Both the position numbers and the translations under genes were made by a program. From the NCBI GenBank assembly GCA_963814375.1, contig CAWFCQ010000004.1, forward strand, positions 352,001-416,000: 64,000 nt of DNA, given 5' to 3'. The notes under the pieces were generated by a model. It saw only the letters and a list, made by a program, of their open reading frames with translations. It searched no databases and was not told where the DNA came from. Positions 9,431 to 19,660 of the stretch are shown here, piece after piece. Every line of letters begins with the position of its first letter. Positions within the stretch are counted from its first letter, which is position 1. The stretch is from an uncultured Chloroflexia bacterium. GTDB lineage: Bacteria; Chloroflexota; Limnocylindria; QHBO01.

Positions 9431-9949
9431 CGGGATGCCTCAGACGTGACTCTCGCCGCGAGCTCGAGGACCGCCAGGACCGATGCGCGCTTGTTCCCGT
9501 CTCGGTCGAAGGGCCATTGGTGGCGCTCGACGATCGCCGGCCCGTCACGAAGCGCGGCTGCGACGTAGGTCAGTCCGACCGGCTTGTCAGGCGTGCCACC
9601 GTCGGGGCCGGCGATGCCGGTGACCGCGACGGCCAGGTGCGCCACCGGGAATCGCTCGAGCACGCCCGTGGTCATCTCCTCTGCCACCTCGGCCGACACG
9701 GCGCCGAGCCGCTCGATCTGCTCCTCCGAGACGTCCAGCAGCTCCGTCTTCGCCACGTTCGAGTAGGAGACGATGCCACCGAGGAAGTGGTCACTCGCCT
9801 TCGGAATCTGGGTGATGACGTGACCGACGAGCCCGCCGGTGCACGACTCGGCGGCGGCCATCTGCCATCCGCCGTTTCACGAGCGCGCGCCCCAGCCGCC
9901 GAGCGGCAGCCTCGAGGGCATCGTCGCCGGGAGGACGCGGCGACGGCAT
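9427..9949 (-). CDS. cinA: CinA C-terminal / PncC-like NMN deamidase, with an apparent +1 frameshift near 9870
   Basis: AAESCTGG, YSNVAK, GAVSAEVA, VTGIAGPDGG. The N-terminus (MPSPRPPGDDALEAAARRLGRALVKR) is in another frame and joins after removing one base. Confidence 0.85.
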
Positions 9950-9953
9950 CGGC

Positions 9954-10445
9954 CTAGCGGTAGTTGGTGAACTGGAGGGCGACCGGGTAGTCGAGGGCTC
10001 GCAGGTCGGCAATCACCGACTGGAGCTCGTCCTTGCTCTTGGCGGAGACCCGCACCGCCTCGCCCTGGATCACCGGCTTGGTCTTCGGGAACGCGTCGCG
10101 GATTCGCTTGCTGAGCTCCTTGGCCTGGTCGCTCGTCAGGCCGCGCTTGAGCGCGATCTCCTGGCGCACCGTGCCGCCCGCTGCCGGCTCGGGCTTGCCC
10201 CACGAGAAGATCTTCAGGCTCAGCCCGCGACGGACGGCCTTCGACTCGAGCAGGTCCTTCGCGGCGCCCGCGCGATACTCGTCGTCGGCGGTCAGCGTGA
10301 TGACGTCCGTGCCGAGCTCGAACCCGACCTTCGATCCCTTGAAGTCGTAGCGCGTCGCGATCTCGCGCCGGGCCTGGTCGAGCGCGTTCACCAGCTCCTG
10401 CTGGTCGAAGTCGCTCACGAGGTCGAACGATGACTCTCCTGCCAT
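9954..10445 (-). CDS. yajQ: YajQ family nucleotide (c-di-GMP)-binding protein
   Basis: SFDLVS..D.QELVNALDQA.REI..RYDFKG, IQGEAVRV..K.KDELQ, LQFTNYR. Confidence 0.95.
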   Translation of the reverse strand: MAGESSFDLVSDFDQQELVNALDQARREIATRYDFKGSKVGFELGTDVITLTADDEYRAGAAKDLLESKAVRRGLSLKIFSWGKPEPAAGGTVRQEIALKRGLTSDQAKELSKRIRDAFPKTKPVIQGEAVRVSAKSKDELQSVIADLRALDYPVALQFTNYR

Positions 10446-10454
10446 GGGACTCCC

Positions 10455-11748
10455 CTACTCCTCGTTTCGCGTGATCAGCCATTCGACGACCTGGCCGCTC
10501 GCGCCCATCGGCCCGATCCCGATCCCGTTGAGCGAGATCCTCACCGCACCCGCATTGCCCGCGCGGATGCGAAGCGAGTCATTGGCCGCGAGCGAGAACC
10601 GATCGCCCTCGGAGGCGATGCCGCCGGACACACCCGCGACGGGGTTCCCGTCCTGTTCGACTTCGAGGTACGACTCGCCTCCCGCGACCAGCAGCGTACC
10701 GCGCAAATCCTCGCCCGGCACAACGATGACGCGCCGCGTGAGGGGCTCCCCGCCCTCCGGGGTGACCGTCACATCCCACGTTCCGGCCGCGAGGCTCAGC
10801 TCGCCACTGAAGGCGCCCGTGCTCATCGGCCGCGAGCGCCAGCGGATCCGGCGCCGGCGGCGCGGGCGGGCGGATCGAGATAGGCGTGCCGGCCGGGTCG
10901 GTGATGGTGAAGGTCGGGATCGCCTGGCTTGCGAGCGCGGCGGTGACCTGGAGCGCCGATCCCGGCGCGGCCGTTCCGCCCAGGGCGACCGGACCGGTGA
11001 GGGTGGCGTCGGCCGCCGGCTGTGCCAGGACAAGCAGCCCGACCTCCGGCGACGGGCTCCCGGCGACATCGGTGACGACGACGACCGTGCGAAACTCCGG
11101 ATCGGATTCGCGTTCGGTCACCGGGTCGAAGGCCTCGATCTCGATGACGTTCGACCCAGGGAGCAGCCCGACCGTGACCTCGAAGCTCCCATCCTCATCG
11201 GCCTGCGCCGTCGGGTTCTCCGGAAGGCCCTTGATCGTCAGCGTGGCGTTGGGGGCGGTGACGCCGCGGATCGTGATCTCAGGCACGGGATGCTCGCTGA
11301 CGTTCCCGACGGGCTCGGTGATCCGCAGCTCGGGGGTTCGGGCGAAGTTGACGAATTCGTATCCGATCCACGCCACCAGGGCACCGACGCCGATGGTCAG
11401 CAGGGCGGCCACGACCGTACCCGGGGTGATGATGAATGTCCTGCGCCTGCGGACGGCCAGCGGTCGCGGCGGAGCCTGCGTCCGGCTCCGCTCGGCGGTC
11501 GTGGCCGACGTCTCGAGCCGATATAGGTCGATCAGGTACTCGGGATCGAGCGCCAGGTACGAGCCATAGTTGCGTAGGAAGCCCTTGGTGTAGACAGCTC
11601 CCGGGAGCTCACGATACTCGCCGCGCTCGAGCGCCGAGAGATAGCGTTCCCGGATCTTCGTCTCTCGCTCGACGCGGGCCAGGTCGACGCCCTTCGCTTC
11701 CCGGGCCGCTCGCAGGACCTCGCCGAGCTTGTGCGACTCCGAGCTCAC
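10455..11748 (-). CDS. rodZ: RodZ-like protein (HTH, TM, Ig-like region, DUF4115), with an apparent +1 frameshift near 10817
   Basis: LGEVLRAAREAKG, YLSALERG, YTKGFLRNYGSYL, one TM; C-terminal IRAGNAGAVRISLNG in the shifted frame; GTGA overlap with ftsK. Confidence 0.8.
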
Positions 11749-14108
11749 GCCCCATCGTCCTCGTCCGGGGCGAGCTCGCCGCCCCACCCGTCGCTCGTGA
11801 CGAGCACCTCGCGGAAGCGGCTGCCATCGGCTGGGCCGACGATGCCGCGGTCCTCCATCTGGTCGAGGATGCGAGCGGCACGCGCGTAGCCGATGCGCAA
11901 CCGACGCTGGAGCAGCGAGGCCGATGCCTTGTCGGAGCGCCTGACGATGTCGACGGCCTGGGTGAGGAGAGCGTCGGCATCATCGTCCTCCTCGTCCCCC
12001 GGCCGCCCGCCGGGACGTCCATCGCGCCGGGGAGCGGTCACGCTCGGGTCGTACTGTGCTCCTCCCTGCGCGCGCCAGTGACGGACGACGGACTCGATCT
12101 CCGGATCGGTGACGAGCACTCCCTGGAGGCGGACTGCCCGCGGCGCGTCGATCGGCTGGTAGAGCATGTCGCCGCGGCCGAGAAGGTCCTCCGCGCCCGT
12201 GGTGTCGAGGATCGTGCGCGAGTCGATCCCGCTTGTCATCGCGAAGGCGATGCGGCTCGGGATGTTCGCCTTGATCAGCCCGGTGATGACCTGCACCGAT
12301 GGGCGCTGCGTGGCCACCACGAGATGGATGCCGGTCGCCCGGGCGAGCTGGGCGATCCGGGTGATCGTCGCCTCCACCTCGTAGGCGGAGACCATCATCA
12401 GGTCGGCAAGCTCGTCGATCACGATGACGATGTACGGCATGCGCGGCTCGCCGGCCCGGAGCGCGTCGTTGTAGCCGGCGATGTTCCGCACTCCGCGCGC
12501 CGCGAACTCCCCGTAGCGGCTCTCCATCGTCCCGACCGTCCACTTGAGGGCGTTCACCGCCTTTTCCGGCTCGACGATCACCTCGGTCTTCAGGTGCGGG
12601 ATGCCCTTGTACTGCGCCAGCTCGACCCGCTTCGGGTCGATGAGGATGAGCTTTACCTCCGCCGGCGTGGAGTTCATGAGGAAGGAGCCGATGATGGCGT
12701 TGACGCACACGCTCTTGCCGGAGCCGGTGGCGCCGGCGATGAGGAGGTGCGGCATCCTGGCAAGGTCGGCGCTGAATGGCTGGCCGGCGACGTCCTGCCC
12801 CAGCGCGAAGGCCAGCTTCGACTTCTTCGTCGCCTCTCCGTGGATGCGGCTGGCCAGGACCTCCTTCAGCGTCACGAGGTCGAAGGCGGAGTTGGGGATC
12901 TCGATTCCGACGTACGGCTCACCCGGGATCGGCGCCTCGATCCGAATGCTCCGAGCCGAAAGCGCGAGCGCGAGGTTGTCCGAGAGGCCCTCGATCCGGC
13001 TGAGCTTCACCCCGGGCTCGACGTCGAGGGCGTACTGCGTCACGACGGGCCCTTCCTGGATGCGAGCGACCTTCACGCCGATGCCGAAATGCGCCAGCGT
13101 CTCGCGGATCCGCAGTCCCTTGGCAGTGAGATCGAGCTGTGCGGCGGACGACTCCGGCGCGTTCGCGAGCAGATCGATCGCGGGCAGCTCCCACACGCGC
13201 TCGACCGGCTCGAGGGCGGCGTCGCTGCTGCCGCTCTCCCCGACCTCGGCAAGGTGGGCCTCTTCCTCGGCGGCGAGATCCTCGTCGATCGCCGCGGCGG
13301 CGACGGCCTCGCCCGCCACCGCCATCGGGACCGGCACGGGCGGCGGAGGGGTGCGACCGTTGCCGTTCGCGCCGGGCGCCGGGCGCTCGCGACGGACGAT
13401 CACGGGAGCCTCCTCGTCCGCTTCCGCACCGCCGATGCGGTCGCGCCACCGGTCGAGCAGCCCTGGGCGAGCCTGGCTCTCGGCCACGGGCTCAGGGCGC
13501 GCGTCACTCGGCCGGGCCTTGCGCGCGGCGCGCTGTGCCGCATCCGCGTCGCGTTCCTGCTGCTCGTGGCGATCGGCAAGGTATGCCGCAACGAGGTCCC
13601 CGATCGTCATGTTGAAGTAGAGGAGCAGCCCGACGATCGCGAGCAGGACGAGGACGATCCACGCTCCGGCTTCACCGAGCGCACCGTTGAGCAATCCGCT
13701 CACGCCGAAGCCGATGGCTCCCCCGCCCTCGCCGGTCGAGATCGCCTCGGCCCCTCCGCCCACGCTGAGGTGGAACATGCCGAGCACCGCCAGCGCCACC
13801 AGGGCAGCACCGCTGGCGGCCATCCAGCGCTCGGCCGGCATCGTCTTCATCCACAGCATCAGGGCGAAACCGGCGAGCAGCGGGGCGGCGAAGGCGATCC
13901 CCCACCCCAGCAGCGTGGCGAGCAGATCCCGCCACGGGCGGATGATGGCGCCGGCGTCGGGAGCGAACAGCGCGATGACGCTGATGATCGCGAGGAAGAC
14001 CAGCACCAGGGCCAGGCCCTCGCGCACGAAGCGTCCGCTCAGGACGAACGGCGTCTGCTGGCGTCGCCTCGGCGTGCGGCGCCGGGTCGTCCTCCGTCGC
14101 GTGGCCAC
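11745..14108 (-). CDS. ftsK: DNA translocase FtsK/SpoIIIE
   Basis: N-terminal TMs, PHLLIAGATGSGKS, IDELADLMM, ATQRPS, gamma domain LQRRLRIGYARAAR. Confidence 0.97.
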   Translation of the reverse strand: MATRRRTTRRRTPRRRQQTPFVLSGRFVREGLALVLVFLAIISVIALFAPDAGAIIRPWRDLLATLLGWGIAFAAPLLAGFALMLWMKTMPAERWMAASGAALVALAVLGMFHLSVGGGAEAISTGEGGGAIGFGVSGLLNGALGEAGAWIVLVLLAIVGLLLYFNMTIGDLVAAYLADRHEQQERDADAAQRAARKARPSDARPEPVAESQARPGLLDRWRDRIGGAEADEEAPVIVRRERPAPGANGNGRTPPPPVPVPMAVAGEAVAAAAIDEDLAAEEEAHLAEVGESGSSDAALEPVERVWELPAIDLLANAPESSAAQLDLTAKGLRIRETLAHFGIGVKVARIQEGPVVTQYALDVEPGVKLSRIEGLSDNLALALSARSIRIEAPIPGEPYVGIEIPNSAFDLVTLKEVLASRIHGEATKKSKLAFALGQDVAGQPFSADLARMPHLLIAGATGSGKSVCVNAIIGSFLMNSTPAEVKLILIDPKRVELAQYKGIPHLKTEVIVEPEKAVNALKWTVGTMESRYGEFAARGVRNIAGYNDALRAGEPRMPYIVIVIDELADLMMVSAYEVEATITRIAQLARATGIHLVVATQRPSVQVITGLIKANIPSRIAFAMTSGIDSRTILDTTGAEDLLGRGDMLYQPIDAPRAVRLQGVLVTDPEIESVVRHWRAQGGAQYDPSVTAPRRDGRPGGRPGDEEDDDADALLTQAVDIVRRSDKASASLLQRRLRIGYARAARILDQMEDRGIVGPADGSRFREVLVTSDGWGGELAPDEDDGA

Positions 14109-14115
14109 GGTCGGC

Positions 14116-15780
14116 TCAGACCTCCATCACGATCGGCAGGATCATGGGTCGCCGCTTGGTGCGCTCGTGGAAGAAGCGGCTGAGCGTGTCGCGGATCTTC
14201 GTCTTCAGGAAGCCAGGCTCGGCGGCGTGCTCGTCCTCGTGCGGCTGGCGGAGCGCCTTGAGCAGGTGGTCGCGCGCCTCACCCATCAGCGGATCGTCCG
14301 GATCCGACAGGAACCCGCGGCTCACCAGGTCGGGGTTGCCGACCGGCTGACCGGTCTGGGCGTCCACCGTGAGCGCCACCATCACCACGCCGTCCGAGGC
14401 GAGCATGCGTCGATCGCGCAGGACGACGCCGTCGATGCCGTCGATCGCGGCGATCCCGTCGACGAGCACCGCACCGGCGGCCACCGGGGCCGCCAGACGG
14501 GCTCGCTCGCCGTCCCACTCGACCGCCTGTCCGTTCTCGAGCACGAAGATGCGGTCGACGCCGACGCCAGCGCCCTCGGCCAGCAGGCCGTGCTGCACGA
14601 GCATCCGGTACTCACCGTGGATCGGGATGAAGTGGCGCGGCTTGACGAGGCCCAGCATCAGCTTGAGCTCCTCGCGCGAGCCGTGGCCGGAGACGTGGCA
14701 GTGGACGAGCGGCTCGTAGTGGACCATCGCGCCCTCCTTGAAGAGGTTGTCGATGGTCTTGGCGACGGCCTCCTCGTTGCCGGGGATCGGCGAGGCGGAG
14801 ACGATGACCGTGTCGCCCGGCTCGATCGTGATGTTCCGATGGTCGCGGTTGCTCATGCGAGTCAGCCCGCTCATCGGCTCGCCCTGCGACCCGGTGGTCA
14901 TGACCACCAGCTGCTCCTTGGGCAGACGCTGGAGCTGGTCCTTCTTCACCAGCGTGCCGTCGCGGGCGTCGAGGTAGCCGCGCTCGAGCGCGATGGCGGT
15001 GTTCTGCTCCATGCTTCTGCCGAGGGCGACCATCTTGCGGCCGTGCGCCCAGGCGGCGTCGATCACCTGCTGGACGCGCCCGATGTTGCTGGCGAAGGTT
15101 GCGACGATGACGCGGCCGTGCGCCTCTCCGACCAGGCGGTGGAGGCTCTCGCCAACGGTCGCCTCGGAGAGGGTGTAGCCCTCCTTCTCGGCTCGCGTCG
15201 AGTCGGAGAGGAGGAACTCGACCCCGCGGCTGCCGATCTCGGCGATGAGCCCCAGATCGGCACGACGCCCGTCCGGCGGTGTGTGGTCGAACTTGAAGTC
15301 ACCGGTGTGCACGACCGTGCCGAGCGGCGTGTCGATGGCGTAGCCGACGCCGTCCGGGATCGAGTGGCTCACTCGGAATGGCGTGACGCGGAAGAGGCCC
15401 ACCGCGAACTCACGCCCCGGCTCGACGATGTGCAGCGGTGTCGAGTCGAGCAGCTTGTGCTCGCGCAGCTTGCCCTGCACGAGGCCCTCCGTGAGGCGAG
15501 TCGCGTAGATCGGGGTGCCGGGGATCTGCGGGAGGACGTAAGGCAGCGCGCCGGTGTGATCCTCGTGGCCGTGGGTCAGCACGATCCCGCGCACGCGGTC
15601 CCGGTTCTCGGCGAGGAAGGTGACGTCGGGAATGACGAGGTCGATGCCGAGCATGTCCGGCTCAGGGAAGGCAAGGCCGCAGTCGACGACCAGGATCTCG
15701 CCCGCGACCTCGATGACGGTGATGTTCTTGCCGACCTCGCCCACCCCACCGAGCGGGATGATGCGCAGGGAATCGGGCAT
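14116..15780 (-). CDS. rnj: Ribonuclease J
   Basis: PLGGVGEVGKN, THGHEDH, HTGDFKFD, FASNIGR, HVSGHG, PIHGE. Confidence 0.97.
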   Translation of the reverse strand: MPDSLRIIPLGGVGEVGKNITVIEVAGEILVVDCGLAFPEPDMLGIDLVIPDVTFLAENRDRVRGIVLTHGHEDHTGALPYVLPQIPGTPIYATRLTEGLVQGKLREHKLLDSTPLHIVEPGREFAVGLFRVTPFRVSHSIPDGVGYAIDTPLGTVVHTGDFKFDHTPPDGRRADLGLIAEIGSRGVEFLLSDSTRAEKEGYTLSEATVGESLHRLVGEAHGRVIVATFASNIGRVQQVIDAAWAHGRKMVALGRSMEQNTAIALERGYLDARDGTLVKKDQLQRLPKEQLVVMTTGSQGEPMSGLTRMSNRDHRNITIEPGDTVIVSASPIPGNEEAVAKTIDNLFKEGAMVHYEPLVHCHVSGHGSREELKLMLGLVKPRHFIPIHGEYRMLVQHGLLAEGAGVGVDRIFVLENGQAVEWDGERARLAAPVAAGAVLVDGIAAIDGIDGVVLRDRRMLASDGVVMVALTVDAQTGQPVGNPDLVSRGFLSDPDDPLMGEARDHLLKALRQPHEDEHAAEPGFLKTKIRDTLSRFFHERTKRRPMILPIVMEV

Positions 15781-15788
15781 GGGTGCTC

Positions 15789-16481
15789 CTAGAAGAGGGT
15801 CATCTGTTCGGCGTCGACGGCATCCCGCTCCGGCTCGAGCTCCGGGGCGGCCGCCTCCTCGACCCGTACGGCTGTCGACTGCTCGTCGCCGAGCGCCTCG
15901 CGCGCGGCCAGCAGCGCCGCCGGCAGCCCACGCATGTCACTGAACAGGGTTTCGCGCAGCGAGGCCTGGTGCAGCGCCGCAGCAGGATGGTACATCGGGA
16001 AGACGTGCTGACCGGAGAAGGACCGACGCAGCTGACCGTGAACGGCGCCGATCCGCGCTCCCGGCAGGTACCGCTGAAGCGAGTGGCGGCCGAGGGTCAC
16101 GACCACGGCCGGGTCGAGGGCCCGCTCCTGGCGGTCGAGGTACCCGCTGCAGGCCGCCGCCTCCGCCGGCTCGGGGTCGCGATTGGCCGGCGGCCGGCAC
16201 TTGACGATGTTCGTGATGAATACGTCGTTGCGCGCCCAGCCGATGGCGTGGAGGAGCTCGTCGAGAAGCTGACCTGCCGGGCCGACGAACGGCCGGCCGG
16301 TGGCGTCCTCCCGCGCACCCGGTCCCTCCCCCACCAGCAGGACGTCGCTCAGCAGGTTGCCCTCACCGGGCACGGCGTGCGTGCGGCGTGCAGCCAGGGG
16401 GCAGAGGGTGCAGACGCGCACCTCTTCAGCGATCTGGGCGAGCGCGCCCACCCCGTCGTTCGGCTCACCCGAGGCGCCCAT
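15789..16481 (-). CDS. udg: Uracil-DNA glycosylase family 4 (Fe-S)
   Basis: [40 protein letters not shown]. Confidence 0.93.
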   Translation of the reverse strand: MGASGEPNDGVGALAQIAEEVRVCTLCPLAARRTHAVPGEGNLLSDVLLVGEGPGAREDATGRPFVGPAGQLLDELLHAIGWARNDVFITNIVKCRPPANRDPEPAEAAACSGYLDRQERALDPAVVVTLGRHSLQRYLPGARIGAVHGQLRRSFSGQHVFPMYHPAAALHQASLRETLFSDMRGLPAALLAAREALGDEQSTAVRVEEAAAPELEPERDAVDAEQMTLF

Positions 16482-16497
16482 CGGCACCGAGGGTAGC

Positions 16498-16522
16498 GCG
16501 CCGCCGCACGGTGCGGCGGCGC
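16498..16522 (-). terminator. GC-rich hairpin just after the pnp stop
   Basis: Perfect 11-bp stem GCGCCGCCGCA-cgg-TGCGGCGGCGC; no clear U tract. Confidence 0.45.
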
Positions 16523-16529
16523 CATCGGT

Positions 16530-19163
16530 CTACGAGCGGTCGTCGTTCCCGGAACCCGAACCGGCGCCGGCCTTGGCCATGTGTCGCTCCATCGCCGCTC
16601 GGCGGCTCAGGTTGACGCGACCCATGCGGTCGATCTCGGTCACGACCACCATCAGCTCATCGCCGATGCTGACCACGTCCTCGACGCGCGGCACCCGGTA
16701 GTCGGCGAGCTGGCTGATGTGGACCAGGCCCTCCTTGCCGGGCAGGATCTCGACGAAGGCACCGAAGTTCATGATCCGGGTGACCTTGCCGAGGTACTCC
16801 TTGCCGACCTCCACATCCTTGGTCAGGCCTTCGATCCAGGCGATCGCCTTCTTGGCGGCCTCGCCGTCGGTGGCGGCGATCTGGATGGTGCCGTCGTCCT
16901 CGACGTTGATCTGGGTGCCGGTCTCGGCGGTGATCTGGCGGATCACCTTGCCACCGGCGCCGATGACGTCGCGGATTTTGTCGACGGGGATCTTCAGCGT
17001 CGTGATGCGCGGCGCATACGGGCTGAGCTCCTCGCGGCTGGCGCTGATGACCTCGGTCATCTTGCCCAGGATGTGGATCCGGGCATCGTGGGCCTGGAGG
17101 AGCGCATCGCGGCAGATCTCGGGCGTGATGCCCGCGACCTTGATGTCCATCTGGAGCGCGGTGACTCCCTCGGACGTGCCGGTCACCTTGAAGTCCATGT
17201 CGCCGTAGGCGTCTTCCTTGCCGGTGATGTCGGTCAGGACGGCGTAGCGGCCGGTCTCCTTGTCGGTGATCAGGCCCATCGCGGCGCCGGCCACCGGAGC
17301 CTTGATCGGCACGCCTGCATCCATGAGGGCAAGCGTCGAGCCGCAGGTGGAGGCCATGGAGGTGGAGCCGTTCGAGCTGACGCACTCGCTGACCACTCGG
17401 ATCACGTACGGGAACTCGTCCGTGGAGGGGAGGACCGGCAGGAGCGCGCGCTCGGCGAGCGCACCGTGGCCGATCTCACGTCGGCCGGGACCGCGCATGA
17501 ACTTCGCCTCGCCGACCGAGTACGGCGGCATGTTGTAGTGGTGCATGTAGCGCTTCTCGGTCTCGGGGCTGATCGTGTCCATGCGCTGGACGTCGCTCGA
17601 CGGGCCGAGCGTCGCGATCGAGAGCGCCTGGGTCTGGCCACGGGTGAAGAGGCCAGAACCGTGCGTGCGTGGCAGGACGCCGACCTCCACGCTGATGGGC
17701 CGGATCGTGGTCGTGTCGCGACCGTCGATCCTGATGTTCTCGTTGAGCACGAGCTCACGGACGGTCGCCTTCGTGATCACGTCCATGAGCGGCGAGCCGA
17801 TGCCATGGCGCCGGCGGATGTCCTCCATCCGGTCGCCCTGCTCGGAGCGGTTGTAGCCCTCGCGGGCGCGACGGACCTCGCCGGCGATGTCCTCGCGGAT
17901 CGCGTCGAGGCGCTCCGCCAGGCCCGAGGTGAAGTGGATGAACAGCTCCGCGGTGGCCTCGGCATCCGGCATCGCGCGATGGGCCGCAGCGTGGTCGCGA
18001 CCGAAGACGAAGCGAACGAGGTCGGCGAGCTTCCACGCGCCGGCATCCGGGTAGAGCTGGTAGCCGAGCTCGAGGGTGTCGAAGACGGCCTTCGGCTCCC
18101 ACTTCACATCGTTCGGCAGGTGACGCAGCACGTACGGCAGGTCGAACGCGATGTTGTGCGCCACGATCGGCGTCTCGCCGACCCACTGCGTGAAGTTGGT
18201 CAGAACCTCGGCCGCGGTCGGGGCGCTGGCGACGTCATCGGTGCTGATGCCGTGCACCTGGTGCCCGACGATGGCGCGTCCGGGGTTGACGAGCGACTCG
18301 AAGCGGTCGACGACCTGGCCGTCGCGCACGCGAAGGGCGGCGATGTCCACGATGTAGCCGTTCTCCGGCTTGATCGCGGTCGTCTCGAGGTCGAAGACGA
18401 CGAACTCGTTCTGCCCCTCGCTGAGCAGCTTGCCGAGCTGGGCGACCGATGCCGCCTTGGGGGCAACGAACGGAACCTTCTTCGGCGTGCCTGCCGAGGC
18501 GACGAGCCGGTCCTGGAGCTCGATCGACTTCTGGAGCTCGGAATGTCCGAAGGCGATGGCATCGGCCATGACCTCCTCGGGCAGGATCTTCGCGCCGGCC
18601 TCGACCATCATGACCGCGTCGCGCGTGCCGGCCACGACGAGATCCAGCTCGCTCTCGGCCAGCTGGCTGTTCGTCGGGTTGGTGACGAACTCACCGTTCA
18701 GGCGGCCGACGCGGACGGCGCCGATGGGGCCCTGGAACGGGATGTGGCTCACGCTCAGCGCGGCCGATGCGCCGTTCAGCGCGAGAATATCCGGGTCGTT
18801 TTCCTGGTCGGTCGAGAGGACCGTCAGGACGACCTGGACGTCGTTGTAGTAGCCCTTGGGGAAGAGCGGGCGGATCGGCCGGTCGGTGAGGCGCATCGCC
18901 AGGATGGCAGCCTCCGACGGGCGCGACTCGCGCTTGATGAAGCCGCCCGGGATCTTGCCGGCGGCGTACATCCGCTCCTCGTAGTCGACGGTGAGCGGGA
19001 AGAAGTCGGCGCCCTCGCGCGGCTCCTTCGCGGCCACCGCGGTCGCCAGGACGACGCTATCGCCATAGCGGACGATGACTGCGCCATCGGCCTGCTCGGC
19101 CAGCTTGCCGGCCTCCATGCTGAAGACCTGGCCGCCGATCTCGGCCTCGTGCTTGATTGCCAC
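16530..19163 (-). CDS. pnp: Polyribonucleotide nucleotidyltransferase with an inserted DEDDh exonuclease domain
   Basis: PH1 ([21 protein letters not shown]), insert, PH2 ([41 protein letters not shown]), KH, S1; GGAGG RBS. Confidence 0.96.
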   Translation of the reverse strand: MAIKHEAEIGGQVFSMEAGKLAEQADGAVIVRYGDSVVLATAVAAKEPREGADFFPLTVDYEERMYAAGKIPGGFIKRESRPSEAAILAMRLTDRPIRPLFPKGYYNDVQVVLTVLSTDQENDPDILALNGASAALSVSHIPFQGPIGAVRVGRLNGEFVTNPTNSQLAESELDLVVAGTRDAVMMVEAGAKILPEEVMADAIAFGHSELQKSIELQDRLVASAGTPKKVPFVAPKAASVAQLGKLLSEGQNEFVVFDLETTAIKPENGYIVDIAALRVRDGQVVDRFESLVNPGRAIVGHQVHGISTDDVASAPTAAEVLTNFTQWVGETPIVAHNIAFDLPYVLRHLPNDVKWEPKAVFDTLELGYQLYPDAGAWKLADLVRFVFGRDHAAAHRAMPDAEATAELFIHFTSGLAERLDAIREDIAGEVRRAREGYNRSEQGDRMEDIRRRHGIGSPLMDVITKATVRELVLNENIRIDGRDTTTIRPISVEVGVLPRTHGSGLFTRGQTQALSIATLGPSSDVQRMDTISPETEKRYMHHYNMPPYSVGEAKFMRGPGRREIGHGALAERALLPVLPSTDEFPYVIRVVSECVSSNGSTSMASTCGSTLALMDAGVPIKAPVAGAAMGLITDKETGRYAVLTDITGKEDAYGDMDFKVTGTSEGVTALQMDIKVAGITPEICRDALLQAHDARIHILGKMTEVISASREELSPYAPRITTLKIPVDKIRDVIGAGGKVIRQITAETGTQINVEDDGTIQIAATDGEAAKKAIAWIEGLTKDVEVGKEYLGKVTRIMNFGAFVEILPGKEGLVHISQLADYRVPRVEDVVSIGDELMVVVTEIDRMGRVNLSRRAAMERHMAKAGAGSGSGNDDRS
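17931..18407 (-). other. DEDDh (DnaQ/RNase T-like) 3'-5' exonuclease domain within PNPase, aa about 253-411
   Basis: Exo[10 protein letters not shown], ExoII AHNIAFD, FDTL, Exo[13 protein letters not shown]. Confidence 0.9.
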
Positions 19164-19183
19164 AGATTCCTCCAGAGTGATGT

Positions 19184-19300
19184 CTGCCTGGCGCGCTTCG
19201 ACGCTGGTGCGCGAAGCGCAGGCGTCAGGCAGGGGCGGTTGCCCGTTGCGTGATGTTCAGATAGGCGAGACCCAGAACCCGACGGTGGGGGTCCTGGGTC
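19184..19300 (-). promoter_or_regulatory. Structured rpsO-pnp intergenic leader (two hairpins)
   Basis: Inverted repeats at 19184-19232 and about 19269-19300. Confidence 0.55.
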
Positions 19301-19312
19301 GATCGCAGGTGG

Positions 19313-19582
19313 TTAGCGGCGCAGTCCCAAGCCGGTGATGACGGCGCGGTAGCGGTCCACGTCATGTCGGACGAGGTAGGCCAGCAGCCGTCGTCGCTGC
19401 CCGACGAGCTTCAGCAGCCCGCGGCGCGAGTGGTTGTCCTTGGGGAAGCTGCGCAGATGATCCGTCAGCGACTTGATCCGCTCGGTGAGAAGCGCAATCT
19501 GCACCTCGGGTGACCCTGTGTCGCCCTCGTGCGTGGCGTATTCGTCGACGATTGCGCTTTTCGCGTCCTTGGCGAGCGGCAC
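19313..19582 (-). CDS. rpsO: 30S ribosomal protein S15
   Basis: [32 protein letters not shown]; GGAGG before the GTG at 19582. Confidence 0.97.
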   Translation of the reverse strand: MPLAKDAKSAIVDEYATHEGDTGSPEVQIALLTERIKSLTDHLRSFPKDNHSRRGLLKLVGQRRRLLAYLVRHDVDRYRAVITGLGLRR

Positions 19583-19660
19583 GTATTCCTCCACATTCGT
19601 TTCCGTTATGGTCGGAAGTTTACCAGAGGACCCGGGCGGCCGCCATTGACCCCGATCGGT

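Noticed and set aside
17931-18407. PNPase insert as an intein or homing endonuclease
   Set aside because: No Cys/Ser start with His-Asn end and no LAGLIDADG or HNH motif; the insert matches DEDDh exonuclease motifs instead
11436-19253. Very long + strand ORFs (11436-14183, 13687-15792, 16581-19253) and similar ones at 22519-24765, 39389-41965 and 60986-63583
   Set aside because: Antisense shadows of well-conserved - strand genes; high GC suppresses stop codons; no recognisable motifs
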